Shown one piece after another: positions 1 to 12,876 of a DNA stretch of 64,000 bases. Within the stretch, counting starts at the first letter, position 1. Each line of letters begins with the position of its first letter. The position numbers and the translations under genes were made by a program. The notes under the pieces were generated by a model. The model searched no databases and was not told the DNA's origin. It saw only the letters and a list, made by a program, of their open reading frames with translations. Origin of the DNA: Raillietiella orientalis (Eukaryota). The stretch spans positions 1,860,001 to 1,924,000 of the forward strand of contig JAYWIR010000006.1 in assembly GCA_036172245.1 (NCBI GenBank), in the 5' to 3' direction.

Positions 1-1949
1 ATGTCAAAAAATGAAAGCTGCCTTCATGTATTTTTGATTTGAGAATCTCTTGTTTTAACGAGTTTCGACGCGTTCCATGACACTTCAATTTCTGGGTAGC
101 ACTGCTCTCGCGGAGCGCTAGCGTCGACTACGCACGCCCATCCGGCAACGCTCTCTGGAGCCGCATTCTTATTGGTCGGCTGGAATTTCTCACCCGATTA
201 CGCCAGGGTTCCCAAGCGTATCCTTCACCGAAATGCAGGGTGCGGAGGATTTAATAAACTTTTGGAAGCGGATTATGCAAATAATACCTTCCATTAAAAC
301 AGAAGCTGCCGGGATGACGAAAACCATTTTTATTGCCAGAAATCACGCTTCGCAAAAGTGCGTCGGGAACTCTCTATCGTTACACACACAAGGCACTCCC
401 AAACGAGCGAAAAAAAAGGAAAAAAGGGGACATTTTAAGGGGACCGGGGATCAACTTGCACTTGGCTCTGTAATTTACAAATTGCAGAGCGAAGTGTAAG
501 AATGTTGCTCTTCGGTTTGCTTCCACGAGGACCTGTCAGTTTTCCTACCGAAAGATAAACAAAAGAGTTGCGAAAAGATTCAGTGAACTTCAAAGATTAG
601 CGAAGATGGGGGTGGTACATACCGTGGCTAGAAGGCTCAGAGATTGCAGTTAGGTAAAGGCGGACAGAGAAGTTGGAACTAGTAACAAAAAAAAAAGCAA
701 AAAGGAAAAAACGAAAAAGAAAACACCCATGTATGAAATTTAGACGGAGGGAAAAAAAATCCAGGAATGCGAAAACGCAATCATCCTCCATGTGAATGCG
801 ATTGCACATTGAAAACACTCAGCTTCTTGTGCGCCTGTTTTAGACGGGCAACGCATAACGAGGTTTCGGGAATCTTTTCTCTTGCCCGACGCATTGCAAA
901 GTAACCTTTGCTTAGCTGAAACGCCCCTTATGTACTCCATGCTATTTAACACCCAAAACGCTTTCGGATTCAGGCACCATTTGAGATTTTTCCCTCCTCT
1001 TCTTCGAATTTCCTCACTGCCCGTGTTGATCGACTTATGTCTGTATTGAAGTTCTTCAGCACACTGGAGTATCGATTCTTATGTCACTCCTCCCGATGAA
1101 GGGAGCGAATCGGTGTGTGCACCATCTCCCTTTTTCGTTCGAGCTGGTCTTTTTCCCTTGGTCCGTCTCCACGCCCTCCGTCGTTCCGCAGTTAACGACC
1201 CGACTGTTTCCGCGTTTCCGGTGAAACTGGTGCTCCTTATTTCCGGCAGGGCTGCCACCGCAAATTACGTTAATCTCTGCCGCCGTGCATAGCCTCCCGC
1301 TCGAGGTTCCATCCCGGGGCCGTGAGGGATTCCTGCTCAATCAAGAAGCGGGGCGGATCTTTTCAGGAGACGACCCCGCGCTCACAGTTTCCATGCTGGG
1401 GCTGCTTGCTCGTTCTTTCTCCAGAGGGTTGCTATCGGAAACGATTCTCGAGCAGCTACAGCTGCGATCGCCTAGCAGGGTTCCCTCCCAATGGAATCCT
1501 GTCCGCGCAGCAAGGCTTGGCTTATCCTGTGGCCAGACAGCCCACTCGGGGTTTCCCCATCGACGCGGTCGTGCCGCCCAAAGTTGCCTCTTGAGGAACA
1601 GCGTGCGATCGCATCGTTCCGTCATCGGCAGGAAATTCCGAGGTGCTCACAAATCTACGCTTCGGAATGCCTTCCCGCCAGAGGGGGAAGCATCTGTCCC
1701 CGAGGCGCACTCGGCGCTGTTCCTCCGATGTTCCTCAGTACATCGGAGGCTGAGAGAACTTCCCGGGGCGCCTCCAACTTTGCGGACATCGGCACTGCGC
1801 CTTCTGAGCTCGCAAACTTTCGAGTTTGAAGAACCCTTCGAAGCAGCACCCGAGCTGTCCGCGAAGTTTCCGTCATCTGACGAGGAGATGACGTGGTGGT
1901 CTCACACCTGATCTCGCATCTGTTGCGCTCACCTTCCGGTAAACACGCG

Positions 1950-2760
1950 GAGATGCGATTCGAGGCGCTCCGAATCATTTGGACGAGGCAGACGTTGCCG
2001 CAGCAACGGGTCGAAGTGGGACGAAGTCAGCCCTTCTTTCCTTATAAGGTGCAAGTGCGACCACTAGTGCGACACGTTTCCACGACAACCATTGTTAGGA
2101 TGGACGTGAGCATCCCAAAACAGTGCACTGCAGTTATACGATCGAGCGCAGAACGGTCCACTCTGCACGGACATCCATCCGGGGACGTTCCTTGGAGTAC
2201 GCTTCTTTGAGGGTCCAGGCGGATTTCGGGAACCGCTTGATCCGAGGCAAGTTCTGCCAGAGTGTGCGGTCTGGAATCGGGATCCCTCGCTATTTCGGGA
2301 ATGACAGTTATTGATGGTTGAACGCTTCCACGCATTGAGATTACTGCCGACCTAGCAACAGGTACGGACCATCGCTATGCTGCTCGCATCAGCGTTGGTC
2401 GGCTGCCGGTTCGATCCGTGTCGAGAAGCGGGCAGGGAAAATGCTGTTCATTTTGCGAGTGGCATCCACATCTTCGGGATGCCGTCTCGTTTCAAGAGAA
2501 TTTTCGACAGGACGTGGACGCGAGGCGGCAGGCAGAGCACGCAGCTTGGACGAATGGGAGAGCCACGTGAGAGCCGGGTCATCCGCGGGGAAGTTTCCAC
2601 GTGCAGCCGAGGTACCGTCAGGCCACCTCACGTTTTCGAAACGGTAGTTCCTGGAGCTTTTTCCCTTCCTCCGTTAACGAGTTTGCTCTCCGGACTTCCG
2701 GTTTTCCAAAATCTTGCCACGGATGGTCCTGTGAGCTTCTGATATCTGATATGCGCCGTG
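1950..2760 (-). mobile_element. Highly decayed L1/Tx1-like ORF2 C-terminal remnant
   Basis: Broken minus-strand frames give ARFWKTG...SKT*GGLTVPRL (cf. FLW...PK..GGL.VP.L), then LWQNLP...PK..W, then a Cys-containing segment. This is the same order as in the better-preserved copy at 46.1-47.7 kb. Confidence 0.35.
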
Positions 2761-3850
2761 CTTCCTCAAGAGCTGCCGTGCCGCTCAGGGAATCGGACTC
2801 GCCGGCTCACGAAACCACCAGATGCACAAACTGCAAGAAGTAATTTTTCGAGTCGCTTCAAGCATCTAAATGTTCCTTTCAGATAAAAAGGCAATGAAAA
2901 GACGTGACCGCATCTGTGATGTCCAGGAGCCATCTCGCTCGTTGGTTCGAAATTTCGACACAGGAAACAGTGCTACAAAAGGGGATACGAGCAGACGGAG
3001 GGACGCTTTCGTCTCCTTTGCCTGCTTCGCCATGTGACCTTGAAAGTTTCACCATCACGGACAATGACCCATCTGAGTGTTTGAGTACCGCAAGGGCAAG
3101 GGGCACCGACTGTGATTAGCTGTTCACCGCCCAGGAGCGCAGTAGATCTGGTGTCAGCTCGGAATCTGATAGGCTAGCTGGTGCTGCCAACCCCCGCTCC
3201 CGAGGGCTGCCTTCTTGGTCTGAGTTCGTTAGGTCTTTCGCTCATCGCAGTGACGAATCGGTTGACGAAGTGACTAGTAACTCCTCTCACCTTCCGTCTT
3301 TCACCCTCCGCGCCCCACCGCCTCCGTCTTCTGCATCAGCACTCGGCGCTGTCCCTGCTCGGCGACACTCGCACAGGCAAAAGGATGGGCCAGAACCCGC
3401 AAAGATAAATTCATGACCTGCGAGTCTAAGGTCTTCGTCGTTGAATGGAGCTCACGAATCCTCAGTTGAGCAGACCCTAAGGCCGACCCAACTCAGGGTG
3501 CGACATTTTCTTGCCCCGGAAGTTTCTCAATGAAGGATCCCATGACTCGTGACGATCCCGGAGAGACTTGATGCCCGGGATCACCAACTCCCTCCGTTGA
3601 AGCTGCCTAGAGCTTCCTTTTTATCATCCGAAGCAAAAAGCCCTCTGGGGTGCATCTTGCACTATCTTGGGTCCCGAGAGGTTCATAGTTTGGGGCAACT
3701 GTCCAGGGCAAAGTTGCCGGCCCTCTTCGAGTAGCTTCAGTACTCCAAGACTCCTCGCTGACTAACCTACATGCACGTAGTCGCTGGCAACACTAGCAGT
3801 TCGGTTCATTTACTGGCTGCCTTAGATTATTGTGAGGCTTTTCAAGGCTT

Positions 3851-5360
3851 GAGTACCACTGTCGGTGGATGGCGTCCATCCGAAAAAGTCCATCACTTCC
3901 CAGACGAAACGCAGCATCCGCCCTTCGGCCACAGATTTTGCAGGTGCACACGTTCTGATTTTCTACAGATGAATTAAGGCAGGCCTTCCGGAATTTTCCG
4001 GTGGAACCCCACTCAAAGTGGGATATTCGGTTCGAATTCCGAGGTGTCTCCTCACGTGTTTGTTCCCCCGACATTCCTTCTGCCGTCGAAAATCCAACTG
4101 ATCTCGTTGTCATGGTCATGTAGTCACATACAGTCGTGCTTCACACACTAGGAACGATGTCCCCATTCCATTTGTAGGGCCTGTGATATCAGAAGCAAAA
4201 ATGCTGGCCGTCGACCTCTCTGGTTGTTCCAGGTGCAAGACAACTCGGGGGACCAAATGCCTTGTTATAAAACAGATTTTGAAAATTTCGTTTTGCATCC
4301 TCCGCTTAGGAGATCGGTGGACTTGTTCTCTTCCCGACCACTTCTTCCCACAGGTGTTCCAATCCTCACGTTTGCTTGCATCCCTCCGCGTGCAGGAGAG
4401 CCGACCGACTTTCGGTTGCTCTTCCTTCCGTGTGGAGCCGCACTCCATGGATGCTGAACACGGTCATACGGAACGCCGTCTCTTGAACCCTTCGCTAGCT
4501 CTGCGGCACCCGGAACGAAGAGACCCCAAAGCTACTTCCGGGAATCGCAGATTTTCCGTTTCCCGAGGGCTGCACATGCAAGCCAGCTGCTTCGGTTAGG
4601 CGCATCTCGCCGACAACCTCGGGCAACCGCAAAATTTTGTTCCGGCTCTGCCGCGCTGTTTTAAAATCCTTCCCGTCCTCCCATGTCGCAGGATTTCGGG
4701 TGGAAACATGAATCGGACACGCACAGCACCGAAAGGAAGCATCTAGGGAGAGAGGAGACCAGGTTCCGGGAGATATGCCCTTCCTTCTTTTTGCCGACCG
4801 GCGGGCAGTGGCTCCGGTGACCTGCTGAGAGAACCTCGGTCCCTTAGCGTGCGGGAGGGAAGCAAAAGAAAAGAACGATGGTGATGCGTGACAGCGTCCA
4901 GCGCGGTCCGAATGTGGTGCCAAGGAAGCGCATCGTGGATGGCCAACCGCCAGCAAACAACTGTCAGCCAACTTCCGGCTGGAACATTCAGTGCGGTCGA
5001 CGGCCAGCATTTTTGCTTCTGATATCACAGGTCCTACAAATGGAATGGGGACATCGTTCCTAGTGTGTGAAGCACGACTGTATGTGACTACATGACCATG
5101 ACAACGAAATCAGTCGGATTTTCGACGGCAGAAGAAATGTTGGGGGAACAAACACGTGGGGGAACACCTCGGAATTCGAACCGAATATCCCACTTTTAGT
5201 GAAGTTCCACCGGAAAATTCCGGAAGGCCTGCCTTAATTCATCTGTAGAAAATCAGAACGTGTGCACCTGCAAAATCTGTGGCCGAAGGGCGGATGCTGC
5301 GTTTCGTCTGGGAAGTGATGGACTTTTTCGGAAGGACGTCATCTACCGACAGTGGTACTC
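3851..5360. mobile_element. Foldback or long-TIR non-autonomous element (MITE- or Mutator-like architecture): 382-bp inverted arms around a 746-bp non-coding spacer
   Basis: 3851-4232 is the reverse complement of 4979-5360, ungapped, with about 18 mismatches by eye (~95%). No transposase ORF in the spacer and no clear target-site duplication. Confidence 0.8.
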
Positions 5361-8300
5361 CTGCGATTCTTAGACCTCCATCTAGCCAGAAGAGAATGAA
5401 GTACTCTTCAGGTCCAGAACAATGGGCAGCGTCGCCACCATGCACCGTACATTAACTCGAAAGAGGAAGAGCTTGATCCCTTGTAACATCTGCATCCTCT
5501 GGCATCCAGCAGCGATGGTTGTGAGGAGGAGTGCACGTAGACGACTTCTGAGTGAAGCGCAAGCATCTTCCAGAGTATTCGCGAGAAGGCAAAATGTTGA
5601 ACACGCTTCGGACTCGGAAGTGCCGTCTCTTCAGGTTGCAAGAAGCACTGAAGAACCGTTCACACCCTCAGAGAGGCATCGGAGAGGCTGACAAAACTCT
5701 TTAACGCTGTCTACTCCATCAGAGGGTGTGTGTAACTCAGTTCGAAAACAACCCCTTAGGGACCACCCTAATGAACCCAGGAAGACACCGGAGAAAGGGA
5801 GTGCGTGGAGAGACTTTTATGGAGTCCGTCGAGCGCACCGGTAAGGACTTTAGAAAATTAGCGTGCGGCTGCAGGCTGTGACGGGATGGGTGCCCCGATT
5901 TGCGCCGCATCCCTGGTCGCAAGATGCGAACCGTAGGGACAAAAAAAAATGCTTCTTCTCAGTGCAGCACGGGAGTCTGCATTCGCAGAGTAGGACGGGC
6001 ATGAAGTCCTCAAGCGGCAGACGAAGAAGTCCTACCGACCGCACGCCATGCGTCTCTTGTGTCCACTTCTGCAGCCTCCCTCTTTCGAGGAACCTCGGTT
6101 ATAAAGCGTTTCCAAGAAGTCTTTCCTAACTTAGCACTCATCGGATGATCTGGTTCTCTGTGGAACGCGACGCGGATGCAACTGCGCTGGAGCACAGAAT
6201 GCCCTTTCCAGGTAGCTGCGGTTAGACTCTGCTTCTCAAATTTAGCATCCGTCTGCCACCCTTCGAATTCTGCATCGCTCTTTGGGAGCTGGGCACATAA
6301 GTACCGCGCTTACACCGAGGTCCTCTTCTTGAGTCTCTTCCCGGATGTTTGATTCCCTGACTGTCGTCCCTTCGTTAGGCGTGCTGACTGCGAATGCAGT
6401 CGTTACTGCGGCAATGTCTCCATGACTTCTCTTCCTGCTGTTCAACACCCGCGAGCATTTGGTACTTTGTTCTTGTGCGTCTGTTCAGTTTAGTTTATGC
6501 GGAGATGCAATGGACGAAGCAGTGCAAAAGGTGGGTGGGTGGGTGGTTATTGCTGTTCGTCGAGGTGAGGTTTTAATCGGGTGGGTCCACCTCCTCGTTT
6601 CGAGTCCATTCGCCTTCCGCTCGGAGCCAGGGGCTCGCTGCCGGACGAGCATGTTGCCTTATTTCTCGGAGATGTGGAAGTCTGAGCGCGCTTTTGTTTG
6701 TCTGCTCGTTTTCCTTTTTTTTTTTTTAACTGGTATCACTGATATAAGCAACACTGCTTCCAAGTACATGACAACATAATTCTATAATATTTAGCGATTT
6801 GCTGGCTTGGTGGTGCTCCTGAGATTGTAAGCACATGACCCAGGAAGAATAAACATCCCCCCCCCCCAATGGTCCATCTGCTCGTTTTTCACCAGCTGTT
6901 CTGTGTACTCTCGCCTTTTGAACGGTACCCCGTCCGGTATCTTGGCCACGCTGACCGTTGTCCGACACCTCCGACCTCCTAAGCCGGCTCGCTCGCGCAC
7001 GTTCTTTGAATTTCCAGCTCTTTGAAGCACTGTCACTCTGGGGGTTCCAGAATTTCGACGACTCGATGATGGAAGGAGAACCTGGGGTGCTCAGACTTTC
7101 TGGAGGGTGAAAAGGAGTGAGCACGTTTCCGAAAACTTTCCTCTTTCTTTGCTCACCTCCTGGCATGCCGCCAGCCTGCTTCCGAGTGGGCAGTTTTGCA
7201 TCGAGCGTGATAGTGAAGCGGTGGCGAAGAGGTTGCAGAGACTCCTCCCCCTTCTCCCGTCCTTTCGTTTCCCATCACAACCTCCCTTTCCTCCCGAGTC
7301 GCCTCCTTGGAGCGGTCGATCCATGCGTCGTTGTCGTGCGCCCTGCTGCATAGTGGAACGTGCCTTCTGCAATGATCCGGAACGTGTGACACCGCTTCAT
7401 GCTATTTCTGTCACCGACGGCAAGATCGATCTCCCGTCCTCTCAGTTTCCTCTTTCCTTCCCAGCCCTCTCTGTCCTTCAACGTGAGTCTTTCAACGTTT
7501 CAGCACTGCCAGTGAACTCTGATTTTTTTCTGCGACAGAGCGAATTCCGAAGTGTTCATCTTTCATTTCCGGAAGAAATTCAATCAGATAAGACGATAGT
7601 TGGTTGCTTCGAGAGATCCAGGAAAATGTCGATCTGCAATTCAAATCCTTGGGGCGAAGACAAAAGCTCCAGGGCTGTCAAGTATGACGAAATCGGTGGA
7701 AGCGCCATGTTTTTCGCTTCACGAGGGCCATTGTCCATCTGTTTGTCTGTTTTCTGAAATGACAAGTGAGGACTGGCATTCCATTCGCATAGCAATATGA
7801 TAACTGTCCATGAGCTGGCTTAGCTGCTCGCTGAGGTGCAAGAATCATGCTGGGGACACAGTTGCTTCTTACTTGCCCCCCTCCCCCTTGTCCACGTTGC
7901 TAATGACCTTGCAAGCCCACAGATGTTTCCTTGAGTGGCTTTCCTGAACTGCCCGACGTCCCCCGCCTCTCTCCGTTTCCCTGCGTTCCTTACGGGAAAA
8001 AATTCGCCATCTCCGTCTTTGTAGGAAACTGATGAGAGCCCTTTGAATTTTCCGGGTTTCCGCTCCTTTTTCGAGGGTTTCAAGGATTCACTGACGAACG
8101 GACGTATCCGTTTCCTGTTTTCCTCAAAAGGCATGTGGCACCAAATCGCACTGGATGCTGGTTGCTAAGATGTCTGCAGAGAAAAAAGAGAGAGGAGAAG
8201 CAAACAAATTCAAGCACAACTCTTATGGGTCACTGCATGTTGACCGGAAAGCTCGAAGAGGCAGAAAGAAAGGCCGATGTCTCAACTAAGAGAAACAGGC

Positions 8301-8424
8301 GAGCCGTGTGCAAAAAGTAAAAAGAAACTTGTTCAGAAAGTGCTTTCGTGTGCCAGGCAGCAACTTCCAAGATACTTATATGATGGGGGGAACCTAAACA
8401 GCTCTTGATTTTTACATTTAAAGC

Positions 8425-8512
8425 GAAAACTTCCTAGAAGAGGAACTTGAAAACTTCCAGAAGAGGAACTTGAAAACTTCCAGAAGAGGAACTTGAAAAC
8501 TTCCAGAAGAGG
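8425..8512 (+). repeat. Minisatellite, 23-bp unit GAAAACTTCCAGAAGAGGAACTT, about 3.8 copies
   Basis: Head-to-tail copies start at 8425 (one extra T), 8449, 8472 and 8495 (partial). No spacers. Confidence 0.95.
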
Positions 8513-11500
8513 GAGACATTGCAATAGGGACGCGAGAGTTCTGATTGGTGTGGCATCTTTCACGATATTGGGGCACGTCGTTGTGGCAAATCGCATTTCC
8601 TCCTGCAGCTTCAAATTTGGATGATGCCAATAGATACAGCTCGGGTTGATCTCTGTGTGCTCCCAATGCCTTCCTTTGCCTATTCCTGAAGGCCGGAGGA
8701 TATTTTCATTCGGATGCGGTGCTGCCAATCCCTTGTGGAACTTTAAGATTCAGCCTTCAGGTTAGCTCTGGGCACTTCGTTGAGGGCGTAAATGTGAAGC
8801 ACAGGCTACTCTGAGCTTTGCTTCCATCTCCGGAACACGACGCATCCTACTGGTCATACTGGGACGCCTTTGAGGAGCTATTTGCGTCTCATCTGATGCT
8901 ACAACGAACAGATACTGTTCATTTGACGACTTTTATCTGTGAGCACCTTCATCGGCCATTCGATCTTATCTCTGAATCATTTCCGGGAGCAGAAAGAATT
9001 ATATTTCATGGTACTGCATCTGGAGCATTTCCGAGTCTTTTGGTTCCTAGCTGAAAGCGATGGCAAGGGAGCATGCGAAGCAGACCGCCAGTGGGACCAC
9101 GGATAGTGCCGTACTCGGAGGAATAGGAAACCCGAGACGAAGCACGTCAAGAGAACGGCAGTTGCACGGAAGATTCTTTGCTCACTGGGAAAGAAATGGG
9201 ACTTCCCGTTACACGCCACTGTAGGCAAATGTGGTGGAAGACCAAGTTGGGTCACAAGCCGGGGTGAAAAAGTCCCGTGGAGGGCCTACAGCCTCGAGTG
9301 GAGGACAAAATCGACAAGACAGACGATGACTCGCTGTGCTCCCATCTCCTTCTGGCGTCTGCGAGACACAAAGCAGGAAGGCGCCACTACAGCTTGGGCT
9401 GATCGAAGACTCTACAGGTGGCGCGGCGCCTTCGTTTGAACCGGAAGCCGCCTGCTTCACTGAACCGGGAGGAGCTTCAATATGGATCCACGGAGGAGAA
9501 ACGGTCCTGCGACCATCGCTCCGAAGGGTGGAGCAGCTGAGCCATCGCCTCCGCGGCGAGCGTGCCCACACTGGAACGAAAGGCGCATCCCTTCCTCCAG
9601 CCCACTTTCGTGGGAAGAAACTTCCGATGGAGTTGGCAGGGGAACCGGAAAGCATCTTTCCCTGGAATCATTTCCGGACGCGAGATTCCCCCCGGCGTCC
9701 TTGAAGGCAGTTTGACGGTCCCAACGGGATCCTCTCAGTGGAGAGAACACCGCGCCGTCCTCTCCGCTGCCGGAAGCGGAGCCTTCGTGACCCGTTCCGC
9801 CGTCGCAGCTTTGAGCACGGCGGAGCGGAAGGACGGAAAGACTTTCCATCCTTTGGCGGAAGAACCGTTCTCCCCAACTCTCGCTCCGTTTCGGAACCCC
9901 CCTTCTTTTCGCACCATCTTCTAGAAGGGGCAAACCAACGGGCCTGTCTCGTGTCAGGGAGAGAGCAGAGAGTGTTCCCTCCCTTTGGTTCTGTCGCCTT
10001 TCAGAGATCCTACTGGGCCGGTCCCGCATGCGGTCGTGTACGAAGGCAGGGAAAGAGCGGGCGGCCACGGGTCGTTCCGCTGGCTGCTTGACCATCCGGG
10101 TGAGGAAGAAAAAAAAAAACAAAGGAAATTATCCGTTCGCTCGCATCTGCGAGTAGGGAGCTTGAGAACGTTGCCACTCCTTCAGGAAAGCCTCCCCCAT
10201 CCTTCACCAAATCAGGGCAGAACGACCGTTCGCTCATCAAATGTTTCATCCTGGAGGGGTGGAGCTTGTCATGGAACGTGGTCCCGGCGCGGGTTTCACG
10301 GAGCAGATAGGCAGCACTGGAGGTGTGTGTGCAAGAAGCGAGTGGAACCTCGAGGGCACGTCCACACGATTCGAAGATCGCAATGGCGAGCATGTTGGTG
10401 GACCGGACGTGTCCAGTGAAGATCCTGTGCGAGACGATTCGGAGGAGTCCTTTCCTCCCACAAGACGTAATGAGTTTCCATCAATTCCAGAGTGTCTGGA
10501 GCGAAAGAGGGAGAGGTAGGGGAGAGAGAAAAGAATACAAAGGGAAGAGAGGGAAAGGGAGAGTCTGTTGGTCCGAGCGCCTCCCAAGGCAACGTTTTTA
10601 TTCCATGAATGCAGATCCCTCCATCGACTCTCCCGATTAACATTCTTTGGTTCTTCCTGCAAATGGCAGGAGCGTAAATAACCGGTGCACTCTACGAAGT
10701 CCTCAGGAACCCTGCCGCATTGCCGTTTCCACGCAGTCGTTTCTATGGACTCCATTCTTCTGATTAAGAGGATCAGTGATGATTTTTCACATTGCCCTTA
10801 TTTAAATAATCGTAGATCTGGCGGGTTACGGAAAAGATTCAGAGGATTGGTAGGAAAGGGGGGGAGGAGGGACTCAAGACGGAAAGGTCAACCCTTCCTG
10901 TTGGCTCAAAACTGTTAAGTTCGTGGCGAGGTGCGCCTTACTTTGATCACTATTATGAGCTCTTTCCCTACAGGTGACAAGAAGGGAAGGACTCCCTGCA
11001 CCGTTGAGCACCGTCGGAAACGAAGGAGTCTTGGGCAGGAGCGCATGCTTCGCCTCTCTCGCAGGCATCGTCTCGAGGGTGCAGGAGGAGTAGGAATCGA
11101 GAAGGAGAGAGAAGGAGAAAGAGATGCTAAAAAAGCGAATGGGAAGAGAGACAACCAGCTGTTGCTGATCCATGAAATCCATCAATGAAAGTTCATCCAC
11201 ACAGAGGAGAAGATTGCCTCGAAAAAGCTCTCTCTTTCCCTCTGCAACTTGCTGTTAACATTCGAGAAGGCATAGAGGCAGGTGCGAAAGGAAGGGAGCA
11301 AGAGCTTCTGGAAGACCTTCCTGCCCTTTGAGTGTCTTACCGTGGTCCTGAACTCAGCGGGTCTCACGGGCGGGAGCAAGCAGGGGCCCGTCGTCAAGGA
11401 GCGACCTCCTGGTTCCCGTGCTGAAGCAAGGGGCACGAGAGGAGCACAGGAGGAGGCGCCATCTTCGTGGCGATCCGGTTCCCAGCTCCGCGCTCCCCGT

Positions 11501-11571
11501 CCTCTCTCTTCTGCAGATGTCTGGTTATTTCCTTGCCTCCGCGCTTCTTACCCTCCTTCCTTCGGCCGCAG

Positions 11572-11765
11572 CACTTGAATGAAACGTCTTTAGAGAAAGA
11601 GGCGTGCGTGGGTCTCGTGCAGGTGCTGCAGTTGTCCTTTGCGCGATCGCTGCTACCACGGATGCCGTAGTTGCCACCCGGTCGAGAGGATATAAGAACG
11701 CTCGCGAGACACCGCAGCTATGGAGCCCTTTGGGGCGATCCATTTCTGCGTCATGGCCACAGTAG
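11572..11765 (+). pseudogene. Frame-disrupted remnant of the N-terminal half of the V-set Ig1 domain of the Sidestep-like gene
   Basis: Follows a pyrimidine tract and CAG at 11569-11571. Switching frames gives EACVG..(V)QLPC-AI..TDAV....YKNARETP, in the order of the Side Ig1 pattern (EAvvG..vxLPCdi...DaV.lvlWYk....TP). Needs several single-base frame corrections. Confidence 0.45.
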
Positions 11766-12389
11766 GCGGAAGCGTGCGGCTCTCGTCCCGCTACCCTTCC
11801 TTTTCTTCGCGCTCCGTCCCACCATTCTATGGAATTCTCCATCACGGAAGTGCTTTATCCTCCATTTTAGAATAGCTGCCGAGAAACGTAGCCACAGACG
11901 TTCCTTGCGTCATCCGACTGCTGAAGTTTCCGTAGTGGGGTGGCCCTTTCAGCTGCGCCCCTGATCGTCAGCCACCGCCTTCGGGCTGCTCCCAGAACTT
12001 TCCTTCAAGAACGGCTCCTATAGCTGGGGTGTCCGAAAAACTCTGGGTAGGGGTGAGGATGAAGCGGAGGGACGGCCGTCTGCTCGCTTTTCGGATGGAA
12101 AGGCGCTCGCTTCTATCCCCGAGCCTCTGCGCAGAAAGCGACTTCAAACCGGACCGGGGGAGAAAATGGGGTCACGAGGACACAGGCTCTCGGTAGGTTC
12201 TTCCAAATGACCAGACACGCTGGACATCTGAGCCCCTAACCTCCTGTTCCATGGTCATGGACTTAGGAGGGAAATCCCGCTACTCAGTCAAAAGAGGGAA
12301 GGAGGATACTGGGAGTGGAAGCGTCGCGTAGCGTGCGTGAGAGCGTGCCCTTCCACCCTTCCTCCCTTGGCTCCCCTTTGACTTGAGAC

Positions 12390-12520
12390 GCTCTCGGCTT
12401 GGGGCAGGCGGGTCGAACCCAGAAGGAGCGATCGGCAGAGTATCCGCGGTCCACGGTCTCCAGGGTATCCCAATGCCGATCTCGAGCGCGCGTGCGAACT
12501 GAGGACTCTGACGTCATCGA
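12390..12520 (+). pseudogene. Frame-disrupted remnant of the C-terminal half of Ig1 of the Sidestep-like gene
   Basis: Mosaic translation RVEPRRSD-AEY....RV....RVR...DVI resembles the Ig E-F-G strands (D.g.Y.C.V....v.L.VI). It ends in GACGTCATCG-AGGATGAG, which looks like a damaged phase-1 donor (ATCG|GTGAG) matching the phase-1 acceptor at 12766. Confidence 0.4.
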
Positions 12521-12765
12521 GGATGAGCGCGCTCCCTTCCACAGCATCCTTCCTTGGGAGCGCTACTTCCGAACACGCTCTCCCTCATCTCCCCGGAAGA
12601 ATAAGAAGGGGGAGCGACTGAGGCGGCGACCTCTCTCGCATCTACACCCCGGGGGACAGACTTAGGCCCTCCCTGCCCTGGAAGTGCCGCAGAGAGCGGA
12701 CAAGCTCACGGGAAGGGTCGGGGAGATTGCCATCCCTTGAACCGAAGCCTCTCTCCTGCTTCCAG

Positions 12766-12876
12766 TTCCTCCGGGCAAACCATTGCTGCGCAATGTATAC
12801 GGGGAGAAGCCGAAGCAACAGTCGGAGGTCGTGAACGAGGGAGACAGCCTGTTCCTGCGGTGCCTGGCAAGGAGAG
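12766..12876 (+). CDS. Sidestep-family Ig/FN3 adhesion receptor, exon encoding first half of Ig2
   Basis: ttccag|TT...AG|gtgag; phase 1-1. Encodes (V)PPGKPLLRNVYGEKPKQQSEVVNEGDSLFLRCLARR(G), matching the Side-type VPP.KP....NEG..L.L.C motif. Confidence 0.9.

Noticed and set aside
8425..8512. 23-bp repeats of CRISPR-like length
   Set aside because: The units are directly adjacent with no unique spacers, there are no cas genes, and the context is eukaryotic. It is a simple minisatellite.
11517..11582. Signal-peptide-like mini-ORF MSGYFLASALLTLLPSAAALE*
   Set aside because: It ends in a stop, and its hydrophobicity is equally explained by the pyrimidine tract of the 11571 acceptor. It cannot be supported without cDNA, although it could be real if the region contains indel errors.
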